From NCBI GenBank assembly GCA_964016885.1, contig OZ024743.1, forward strand, positions 13,020,001 to 13,084,000: 64,000 nt of DNA. Direction: 5' to 3'. Shown piece by piece: positions 52,408 to 64,000 of this stretch. How positions within the stretch are numbered: the stretch's first letter is position 1; every line of letters begins with the position of its first letter. The stretch is from Eledone cirrhosa. Taxonomy: Eukaryota. A program made the translations under genes and the position numbers. A model generated the notes under the pieces. It saw only the letters and a list, made by a program, of their open reading frames with translations, was not told where the DNA came from and did not search any database.

Positions 52408-52535
52408 CAGCTCCAGCTTCGGCACCAGTGGCTCGAATGTCAGTGATCTGGAACGGTTCTGAAAGGTGGCCATTTACTTTTACCACCGAGTAGATGCCGC
52501 TGTGCATTGCAGAGATCCAGATGCAGATGATTCGA
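52408..52535 (-). mobile_element. Small internal fragment of the L1/Tx1-group LINE RT
   Basis: WISAMHSGIYSVVKVNGHLSEPFQI matches ORF2 WIAAMYSGIRSVVKVNGHLSEPFQI. Confidence 0.8.
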
Positions 52536-53366
52536 AAAACTGGTTGGCTAACGGAGAGCGAGTTGGAAGAAATAAAAAGGAGAGATATATCCATAGAAGT
52601 CACAGCTGAGCATGAGGATCATAAGACTGGCGAATTTATGACGAATGAGGTGAACGAGTGAGAGCTTGAGAAAAAGTGGATGATCAGTGTCCTAGAGTGA
52701 AAGGAGTGAAAAGATTATTGAGATCATGAAAGGGGGAAATCTGAACTAGCTACAGGGACTGCAGAAGGCGGACAGAACATGACTGATTGGATGAACATAA
52801 AGAGTGAATGAGTTACTGAAAAATATTTGAAAGGACAATATATCTGAAACAAATAAATTTATTGGTGCTACGGATGTTTTTGTTGCCAGAGGGGGAACCT
52901 TTACAAGAATGTCGGAGTATATGCGTTTTGATAATGTGGTCCGGAAATCCACAATTGCGTTGGGGAATTTTATTTTTAAAGTAGTATATGTTTCTTGTGT
53001 GATGCTATATGTATGTGGGGGAGTTTAAGTTTTTGGGGTAATGTAATCCATTTCTGTAGATTGTGTGGGATTCCTGTGAAGAATATATTGCATATTATCA
53101 GCGGCTGAGAAAAATTAGCACACAAAGAATACACATGGAAGCATGAAGTATGGTATTGATATTATTGAAAATGGTTCCAGCACACACCAAAATCTTTGGT
53201 AAAAAACGAGTGTTAAGATATTGTGGGGTATGAGCATTCAAACGTATAGAGAGATCAAATACAGACGACCTGGCATAATAGTGATTGAGAAAATGGCAAA
53301 TAAGGGTTTCATAATTGGCATAGCCGGTATACATTGAATATGTTAGTCAACACTTAACTATGAGTT

Positions 53367-53550
53367 TTGGCAGTATCGGTAGAGGGTCGGACGCCTTGCT
53401 TTGATGCATAGAATTACGGCTCTTGCTATTCTGAGTTCAAATCCCGCTGAGGTTAACTTTGCCTTTCATCCTTACGGGGTCGATAAAATAAAGTACCAGT
53501 AATGCACTGGGTAATTGCTGGCCTTGTGCCGAAAGTAGAAACAATTATTA
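53367..53550 (+). mobile_element. Family-A SINE
   Basis: Near-full copy ending GTAGAAACAATTATTA. Confidence 0.9.
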
Positions 53551-54759
53551 AATTTTCTATTTTCAAGTCAAACTAAATGATATCCTGGAATGTTTACTTT
53601 GAACTTTGCCTCTGATATGATGCGATATGAGTTATTGTCTCCAGTAAGTGAATACATAATACAATGCAAGTTTTCTAACTATTTTCTAATTTCAAACATT
53701 AATTAAATACTTGTACACATTTTCTGATCAGGTGTCAGGTGTTCTGAACACGTACGTATTGTTTTCCATATATACATCTGTGAAATAAATTAATATGTTT
53801 TCTATTTAATATGTGAAATAAATTACTATGTTTTCTATTTAACAATGGCATACATTCATTAAGCAATAATCATATTCATTGTGTATGGAAACTTCCTTCA
53901 TAAACATCCGTTAATTTCTCAGCATTGTTTAGAATAAAGGATGGCAATTACAGAAATTAAAATCGTATAATTATTGCATTAGGAATGGGATTAAAACAGT
54001 TGTAGATTTCATATGAATTTGGTAACAGACATTCTTAATTATTTAGCATATATTTACAAATATACGAAACCCATGACATATTTGGTTTTAATTTTATTAA
54101 TAATTTTATTCTATATTACACTTATTCATAACCTGGCGGTGGATCAGGCAGTATCGTTAGAGCGTCGGACAAAATGCCTTGCAGAATTTTAATTGCACCT
54201 CTTTACGTTCAGAATTTGAATTCGCGGAGCTCAATTTTCGAGGCCCATTTAGTTTTCGTTTATGATGTTTCGTTGTTGATTAACTCCAAATCTCCCATTG
54301 TCAGGCAGCCGTATCGTAAGAATTCTCGCTTTGATGATGTCATCATTTCTTCAAGCATAGAGGATCCATTTATCCAAATAAAACTGCTACATTTCAGGAG
54401 ACTGGTGACTTCTTTCTTCAGTATGGAAACAGTATGGAAGCATCTGACATTTCTGTCAGCTGCAACACTGACTCTTAAATCTATTTACACTCTGTACACT
54501 ACAGCCGTAACACTGGAATACAACCCAAACGATACGGACCTCGTAAAAGTATTGAGTGCTTCGAACGGCCCGCCACCTGAAACTGGTGTTACACAGCTAA
54601 CACACACTCACAATAACACGAACACACAATAAAACACACACACAATAACACACACACACACACACACACACTGTTCGGATCTAGCTATCGAAACGGCCGG
54701 AGCTCAGCAGTCGGGGTCCAGACTCTCTTCTTATATATATATATATATATGTATGTGTA

Positions 54760-54831
<72 letters not shown>

Positions 54832-57800
54832 TACACACACACACACACATATATACATTTATATTTAATCGCAGCAGAACACATATATTTATACGAATGG
54901 CTCTTACTACGATGTTCTGCTGTATTAAATATAAATGTATATAATCGTTTAACATTTCCAGTAAAGAATCAAGATTAAAGTTATTCTAGAATTAATTAAA
55001 ATAAAATTTTTGAGAAGCAAACGGGGAGATCGAAAAAACCCCCATCAAAAAGTGGAATAAATTAGGGAGAGTAAAAAGAGAGATGGACATGATGTAGAAG
55101 AGAACCAAAGAGAGAAGAAGATAAAGTTTTTAAAAAATGTTTTTAAAAAAAAGAGAACAAAACCCACATACACAGAAAAATTGCAACATTTGCCTTGTGC
55201 GGCTGAAATCTATTCTTGTTTATTTAACATTAACTCACGCTATTTTCACGATTTGCATATTAGGCTTTTGGTCTTTATATATTTTATCCTCTGTCTAATG
55301 TTAAAAGAAGACATTTCTATTAATTTCGTATGCAGATAGCGAATTCATTAAATTTAGAATTATCAGCAGAATGTGTCGTTTTTGTTCGAAGTGTGTTGAC
55401 ATTTCGTTTTTATCTACTATTTAATTCTCTGTTTTCTATTTGAGTTTAGATACGTAATTCACTGCGTCAATAAAGTGTCGGACTACCGACTTTATCTTAT
55501 TTGTGTGTTTTCTTTTTGTACAGCTTGCTGTTAGCGTGTATCGAATATCATGTGTATGTGCGTGAATACTGCCTCAACATTTTAAATGGAAAGAGTTTTG
55601 ACTGTATAATTGGAAAATATCATATAGTTTTCTTGCGGTGGTGACTATAATTCTGTAGACGAGTATAGTATAACTGATTTAACTTGAATACGCTACGTGA
55701 AAATTTCATGTATTGGCCCAATTCACACTACGATTTATTGCAGACCTGTCAACTCACCTCGTCCGACAGGGAGATCTCCCAACTACTTTAGGGTGGATGA
55801 GAGGTGTCTTCTCTTGTGAAAATAGGTATAGCTTTCATTATGTAAAATATCCACATTTTGCCTCATTTCTCCCCGTTTTGGGACACTGTTTTTCATGATA
55901 CTTTAGGGTTTACGTTGGCAGGTCTTTTATTAGGACTCACTAATATAATCGTTACAATTATTCCATTCGGCCGTTCATAATCCATTACAAATTGAAACTA
56001 TGCAAATGTGCTTATTTTCAGCCTTTCCAACTAACCATCTTCTCCCAAATGAGTGTTTATGCGCCCATATTAGAAACACTTATTTGACATTACTAGACAA
56101 ACATGAACAAAATTAACTCCAAAAGAGACAAATGAAGATAAAAGATCATGTTGAAAATTTTTCCTTCTCCAAACAAGAAATTGGATGCGATCTGCAACGA
56201 GATAATAGAAAAAAAACAAACAAAAAAAAACAGAACAACCAAAACAAAAGAAAACCAGTAACAAAGGAAAAAAAAATGATTCTTTCTCGTCTCCGAAAAA
56301 AATTGTTAAAAATAAAACCGACTCGTCTAAGGCGTATTCATTTATCAATACTGATTCACTCGTTCATTGCTCTCTTGCGATTTAACATTCAATCTTGAAG
56401 CAAATTCGTTGGAAATTAGATACAAAAGCGGGATGTCAAGTTAATGGTAGATACAAAATAGACAAGAAGACATTGACAGATAGTTATGTTTCATCAACAA
56501 CTAACCTGAGGTCGCACAAAAATTCATGACCTGAATATATCAGGCTTGAGATGGATGCCAAGTAAGTTTTGATTTTCGATAGGATGTCCGACAAACATGA
56601 CATGTAGAACTTGAAGTTACTGGCTTTTATCTTCGAGTTTAAAAAAAAAAAATTTATTTATAGGTCTAAATGTCTAAATGCCTCTGATTTTTAATGGAAA
56701 ACACATAAGAAAAATAGGTGATCGTGGTATTCGTGTCATCTTTTCGCCAATGGTGTTAGCACTATAAGTGAGCTGATTATTTATCAATTAAATATTGAGT
56801 TTTGATAATATGTATAATGCTACACGATTAGGAAAAGCGTATTGCTGATTGAATTGATGTCTTTTTTAAGAGGTACATTTTACTTTTGTAACCAGATAGG
56901 TGTCACAAATATTGTTCAGAATTGAACACTAGACAAATATATATATAAAAAAATGACATATATTTAGCGGCGAGAAAATAGTTCATCTAACCATTTTTAC
57001 TGACCTTTGAGAGAAAGAGAACGAATATGGTCCTAGTGAGATTTGAATCGAGAAATTTGAGGTAGCAAACTAGTAGCTGTTAAACAATAAACTTAAGTCT
57101 GTACCACCTCAATTGACTGATATATTTAAATTATCCATTATCGTTTGATTAGGCATTAAACTATGAAGTCTCGATGTTTTATGTCCTGGGTATGACATAA
57201 AACTGCATCCAGGGGCAAGGCTCAAGTTCGGGAGTTCAGAAACCATGGGGAATGTGGAGTTACCCCTTAGTTGTTATCAGTCACAGATCTGCTCCGGCCC
57301 GGAGCAGTAGTACCTGTTAGGGCCCCATTTATAAGTTAAATAATTACCTTACTCGAGTGGCACCAGTAGGGTATTATCAGCCATTGAATAGAAAAGAAAA
57401 GAATGTTTAGTGCTCGTAAATAAACACCAGCGTTTTGTTAAATCCTTTTACCTTCTGAGTTCAAATCCCGCCCTGGTCAACTTTGCCTTTCATCTTCATC
57501 AACAAGAAAAAATAAGTTCCCCTCGAATTCACCGATTAGTTCCATCTCTCTTTATGTCTATTTTAGAAATGAACTTTGCTAAGTAGGAAGAGTTTGTGAT
57601 GTTCATTCATTAATGCATGACATAAGTGATATAAATGATATATATATTTATTCAGTAATCAAAACTGCATTCAATTACTATGTTGCTTATCTCCAAATAT
57701 ATTTTAATAAGCAGAATTTTATTAAAGGCATTCCAGTCATGACCATCGCGTCTTTATAAAAGTTTGTAGAACTACATTAGAAAACGTAACTTAGTCTTCT

Positions 57801-57985
57801 ATATAGAAGTATCGTATGATTTGTTATTTCTAGTGAGAAATCGCAAAGAGGTTCCCATCATTTGCTTGAAACAACATTGTTTTCTTATAAGCAAGTTAGC
57901 AACAGTATTTTTAAAGTAAGACCCCCCCCACACACACACATGTATATATATGCGTTTTTCGCTCTCTATCTGTGTCTGTTTGTCT

Positions 57986-58087
<102 letters not shown>

Positions 58088-58124
58088 TGAAAGCGAATAA
58101 GTATCCATATTGAAAGAGGAGTTA

Positions 58125-58610
58125 TAATATCGATCACCCCAAGTCTCTAATGTTGTACTGGAAGGAATCTTTAAAAAGCTTAACTAGGATGAAAAAGGAA
58201 TAAACAGAAATCGAGAATTCTAAAGTATTTTACGCTTTGTTGACGACACAATCCTCTTGTCATAATGCGCATGGACTGGAATAAATGTTAGATGAACTAA
58301 ACAATGAATGCAACATGATGGTCCTAAAAATATATATGAATAAGAGCCATACAACGAGTAAAGCCATCAAAGTCAACCACGATACTAGAATAACAAGTGA
58401 CAAATATATTTATCTTGAACAGCTGTTAAACGTTGAATACAACCATGCAGATGGAATATAAAGGCGAATCGAAGCTGGATGGTGTGCTTTTGGTAAAGTA
58501 AATGACATCATAAAATATGTCACTATACCCAAAGCACATTGTTCGCCCAGTGGATCATACGAGCAATGACGTATGAAGCTGTGATATGACCACATATGAA
58601 ACATGGAACA
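58125..58610 (+). mobile_element. Highly degenerate RTE-clade RT remnant
   Basis: RFVDD, YIYLEQ and RRIEAGWCAFGK in broken frames. Confidence 0.6.
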
Positions 58611-59039
58611 GAGGTTTTAAATAACACAAATGAGTATTCAAAAATATATATAAACAGAGTAAAAAAAGTGAAAGAAGTAGATAAGAATACTTACAAAAGG
58701 ACACATATATACCAACACATACACACATACAGTCTCACGCATATAGTGAATTGGAAACCCTTTCGAAAATGAGATTATCTGAGCAATTATTAGACAAAAG
58801 TGTCACCAGCAGTGTTTAAAATCAAACATGCAAAGATATATATGTGATGTAACCCCAAAAAGATCAGCTGATAGAAATTTGGGGATAGTATAGTTAATCC
58901 AGTTGGAGGGAATTTGGGCTTTAAGAATCATTAATATAAAGCAGCATGCATGTTTTGGTCTTATTAGATTTCTTAAGCGATCCATATGTTACTCAGTTAC
59001 CAAGACTAATAGTAAGCATTATATATAGACTAGGGAACA

Positions 59040-59219
59040 TAATTGTTTCTACTGTTGGCACAAGGCCAGCAATTACCCAGTGCATTACTGGTACTTTATT
59101 ATCGACCCCGTAAGGATGAAAGGCAAAGTAAACCTCGGCGGGATTTGAACTCAGAATGGCAAGGACCTTAACTCTATGCGTCAAAGCATGGCGTCCGACC
59201 CTCTACCAATACTGCCAAT
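59040..59219 (-). mobile_element. Family-A SINE
   Basis: Reverse complement match to the family. Confidence 0.9.
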
Positions 59220-60146
59220 GGAACATAATGATGGGTAATTATAAATATGAGTAGAGTTAAAAAAACGTGAAGTGGCAGTTTATACTTAATACAAAAAAGG
59301 TAAGGTATTACACAAGATATATAGTGAGTTGAAAAACTTCGGTCAATTGAAATTATCTGAGAAATTAGTAGAAAAAAGCTTTCTCTAGGTGTGTTAAAGT
59401 CTAAAATGAAATAGAAAAGTGTAACAATATTAATAAAGACTGTTGAGCGATTTTTTTGCATTAAATTACAATATAAATCTGAATGCATCTTGTCTATAAA
59501 ACTGATGAAGCGATGAAAATGTTTCGGTTTATCAAAACTCCTAAGTGAAACATGTATCCAGTTGGCAAGACTGTGTATGCATGTGTATATGTCTGTACTG
59601 ATTTTATTATTTTATACATTTTACCAATAGAGAGAGAGAACCAGTTTCTAACAAAGAAACAAGAATTTTTCATTAGAATTTAGTCAACATCAACTAGGCG
59701 AATAGGTATGTATGTATGTGTTTGTGTGTGCAGGTGTGGATCTATGTTTTGAGTTTTATGTCTGCACGTACATGTTTCATTGCAGTTATTACAGTTATTG
59801 CTGAATTTCTGACATGTTTTACATATTTTTACAGTTCCATTAACAGACTGACTTTGCAACTGCCTAACTAGCCGTGTTCTTTCTGATTCTCTGTAACATA
59901 TCCATGAAATGAAATAATCACAGGTACAAATGTAAAGGTATTATCAGGGTGTTGTATCTTAAGAATACTCAATAGTGCAGAATAAATGTTCTTCTTTTTG
60001 CTAATCTTTATCATCATGGAAAATGAGATTAGGAACGAGTTGAATCCGTGTGGGAGAAACGGTAGAATCACTATAATTTTGCCCTATTGCATTTAGATTT
60101 TGAATCCCACCGATGGCCACTCTACCTTTAATGCTTTTAGAGACCA

Positions 60147-61570
60147 CTAGCAGTGGTACCCGGCGTTGCACGGGATAAGGTATTTTGGAACGCGGGCCGC
60201 CAACAGACCTAATCGTGGAAATACTGCAAGTCTCGACAATATGTAATGAAAATAAACCGAATACTCTGATGGCTGGATAATCTTTAAGATTTTCCTCGAT
60301 GAAGCAGGAAAAATGCAGGTTTTCACCTAGGGCATCAAGAAAATGAATTTTTTCTATGTGCATAATATGCTTTGAAATTTCGGGAAAATCGGCTAGACGT
60401 AACGCCTAAAAGAAGCCCTAAAAAGTTGGATTTCCGTTGCTCATGGTATGAAGAAGAGACTGACTAATATATAGTTACAATTTCAAGGAAATCGGTCTGA
60501 CGTAACGCCTCAAAATACCCCTAAAAAGCTGAAAAAAAACGCAGTTTTTCATCTAATGCGGGCCCTAAGGGGAACAAATGCTAGTCATTTATAATTCTTA
60601 CAAAGTATAAAATTTACACACCAAAAAAATATACAATACTTTATTTCTTAAGTAATTCGCATAAAAATATAAAAACAAAAATATATAGAGATTTTCTACA
60701 ATAATATATATTATGTATATATATATTAGCGGTAAAATACTAAGCGGTAAAATAGTAACTTTTGTTCTCATCAAGGCACGTAAGTTAGCAACAGTGAAAA
60801 CTGAAGCTATTATAGCGATGTTTTTCTTTACCGGCTTTAATTTTTAGTGTTGTGTGAAATATATAACCTGCAAACCTGATTTTTGAATCGCACCAGGATC
60901 GACTTTATTTCACTTGCTCCACTAAAGGTTGAATTACTATATGAAGAAGAGACTGACTAATACATAGTTACCAGCCTTCACTTTTAGTGTTGTGTGAAAT
61001 ATATAACCGCCTTAGCTAAGCTTACTATTGCCACAACCACGGCTGGCAAAGAAGTAAGGGTCTGGTGGTACGTAAGTAAGCAACACTGTGGCTTAAAACG
61101 CGAGGAAGAAATTGTGTGCACTTACCAACTGTTTGGAGAATGAGTGTGAGATTTGTCTTAACAAGGGTGGCAAAATAACCGGAGGCAGTGGGCCGTAACT
61201 GATGTAATGCAGACACCAGACATACAGACAGATATTATAAGGACGCGTTCTGGACGCAGAGGGAATTGTAGGAAGTGACGTAATGCAGACAGCCAGACGT
61301 ACAGACAGATATTATAAGGGCGCGACGTTATATGTATGTATCTATCTAAAAAGAGAAAGACTAAGAATTATATATAGAGAGAGATCGCTAAATCGCCTAA
61401 TGCGGTCCCTAGGGCATTGAAAATTTGAAATTCTTTTTGCTCAGAACACTCCCTGAAACATAAGTATTACATGTGTAAAGTTTGAAAAGAGTCCGTTGGG
61501 TGTTTCTCTAGTTTTAGGGATTCAAACCCACACACACACAGACAGACATCCTCAGTTTTATATATATAGA
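60147..61570 (-). mobile_element. Non-autonomous Helitron (1424 bp)
   Basis: The minus strand begins A|TC(TATATATATA) at 61570. It ends with hairpin CCCGTGCAACGCCGGG (60159-60174), then CTAG|T at 60147. It is inserted between A and T with no TSD and has several internal direct repeats. Confidence 0.82.
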
Positions 61571-62504
61571 TAATAGGTTTGAGACAAGTAATATAGTTAA
61601 TTTAAACGAATTCTCAAGTTTCTGGTCATTGTCAAATTTAGAAATTCTCATTAACTCATGTAAAGTTAGTCACTGCACACACTTCCCGATAAATCTTGGC
61701 TACACACCCACCCAAATACATAGACACGCAAACCTATTTCTTTTGTATATACTTGCTATTGTTCGGTGGGGGTTGGAATGGGTGTGTATGTCAAATGGGG
61801 CGTTGGTAGATTACATGAAAGGCTCACATGAATTCAAGTTTAGTTTAAGCATCTAGAAAATGTAGCGTTATTTTGTCATTATTCATTTCCCGAAGGCATA
61901 GTATGATGGCCGAGCTCACTGATAGAAAGCAATGTCCCTTTCCTCTCTCTACAAACCCACGTTAACGCTTATTTTACTATCTTATTTAATTCGGTCTCAT
62001 CAAACCTAACTATGGTAAATCGAAATCGCACATTCCGTCATACATAAACCAACAAGCGCCCCCTATTATAAATGAGAGATTCCCTGGTATATTCAGTGAT
62101 ATACAAGTAGTTTATGTGATAGCAGTGTATCATCTGATGAGGTGAAATGAATGTCATTGAGAAGATCATAACGCATGGCCAGATGATATTTATTGGACGA
62201 CGTCGACTTTGATATTAAATTTATACATGAACATATACTGAATCGAAGAAAGCGAGGCTGTGTAAATATGTATAGAAATCTAAACATGTTTAATATATAG
62301 ACATGTACACATGTCAAATATTCATTTTCCCTGTAAATTGAAAATAAAATGATAAACGTCTCTAACCAGTTTTCAAACCTCGTTGGTATTCACTCAGAAG
62401 GCATGTACACCATCCGAACAAACAAAATGAAATACGTAATAGAGAGGCTTATATATCCTATCACTGTAGTATCCTGAAATTTACGTACTAATACTAATTG
62501 GACT

Positions 62505-62506
62505 GA

Positions 62507-62601
<95 letters not shown>

Positions 62602-62635
62602 GTATATATATATATACACACATATGTATGTATGT
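62505..62635. repeat. (ACT)n-(CA)n-(TA)n compound microsatellite
   Basis: Direct inspection. Confidence 0.9.
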
Positions 62636-64000
62636 GAATACATTCTATATTTAAGACTCCTACATATATTTGATCAAATGTTTATATAGCATACATACGC
62701 TGTTTTCTGTAGTCCCAACTCAGTCAGGCTTTGTTGAAGTTTGATCAATATATTCCCCCGCAATTTATTCGTTTTCTTCGGAAATAGTATATGTGTAGTG
62801 CTGGAGATAACATTTGCAGTACCCATGACCAATTTCAGGTCCTCCGAAATTTGTGGATGGGAAGGACGAAGTATCATCAAAATGATGACCTGTTCCGAAT
62901 AATTTCAACAGGGAAAACTGCATTTAAGAGAAATCAAACTCTGGTGATGGTGTTCAAGCAGGTGCCGGATTACATATACAGCCCTAGTAGGCAACAGCAA
63001 TGCTTGAAATTAGGACGCAGTAATTTGGGAGCAATACCGCAAATCATTTTGTCCTACGTTGCTGTGACCCCGACACTGCTAGAAATAGCAGTCTTATCTC
63101 AGAAATAGCAGTCTTATCACACTGTATAAGACAGTTGCATAATTTCAACTTCTGGATATAATAGCAGTTCCGTATTAACTCTTATCACCATGTAATGATT
63201 TAGCAGAAAAATATTTAAAAATGTATTTATAATACAAATGTTTATAGCATATTTACTGTTGTCAAAATCATTTTGAGGATTCGCAGTATTAATGTAAAGA
63301 GTTTAATTTTAAATGTAATGCCGTTATATTACTTAATTTTACTTTTCAGGAATGTTTAGCTATGGTTTCATGTGACGGAAAATTCTTTAAAGAACAGTCA
63401 CGAGATTGACGACAGGTAATTTCTTCTGTTTAACTGCAATCGGTGTCGTGTAAAGCTATCAAGAAGACAATATGTATTGTGAGTTAGGTGGTGATCGTAG
63501 ATTTTACAAAACGGCATAAATACCCGCATATATGTGCGATATCTAAACACAGGACAATGGACCTAATTGCATCTAGCAAACTATATCTTTGGTATATCAG
63601 CAATGACCTACAATTTCCACCATTCAATGTACGCATCAATGTTTTCAACATAGGAGTCAGCTAGGGTATCTTTAAATGATCAGTCGACCTACTATATATA
63701 GTATCTAAATCTCTCCAATCATGTTCTTCCACATGTTAGAATTTGTTGCATCGGAGGAAAGAGATATTATATGAGGTCTTTGGTGTATTTCGGACAACAG
63801 AACTAATTCTGAGATAAAGAGGGAGAGCCAGAGATAGCGAGAGAGATAGAGTGATAAAGTGAAAGCCAGAAAAAGCGAGACTGATAGAGAGACAGAGTGA
63901 TAGGTAAAGTGCACGCGCAAGCGAGAGAGAGATATATTACTCGACTAGAAATATATTTTATCGATCCGGAAATAATGAAATTCAAAGTTGACTGTGGTGG

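Noticed and set aside
52550-53340. Possible very old L2/CR1-like LINE remains; similarly 21290-21900
   Set aside because: Motifs are too eroded to assign by eye.
54174-54632. 152-aa ORF in partly unique sequence
   Set aside because: It starts in a SINE fragment, ends in (CA)-rich DNA and has no recognisable domain.

Overview
AT-rich, microsatellite-dense animal genomic DNA. From the repeat repertoire I infer a coleoid cephalopod such as Octopus, but this is unverified. No host protein-coding gene is recognisable, and nearly all listed short ORFs are microsatellite artefacts. The window is a mosaic of mobile DNA. It holds one intact full-length L1/Tx1-group LINE (ORF1 33207-35117, ORF2 35147-38566) with six truncated relatives, about 20 copies of a tRNA-derived SINE, a second SINE family, and Penelope-like (GIY-YIG) fragments. 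It also holds RTE, R4/Dong, Chapaev3-like and mariner remnants, a hAT-like element, a MITE and a Helitron. Two hidden systems stand out. (1) About a dozen type-I hammerhead-ribozyme motifs lie in short non-coding elements lodged in or near (TA)n tracts. Two of these elements are tandem, retrozyme-like units of 318 and 510 nt, and one has an inverted piece starting exactly at the predicted self-cleavage site. (2) The abundant SINE and the Tx1-like LINE share a 3' stem-loop with a CTTGT loop plus an (ATT)n tail, and both insert repeatedly into the same target sites, suggesting a SINE/LINE partnership. Several fold-back and circularly permuted duplications abut (TA)n tracts. All RNA structures were derived by eye.
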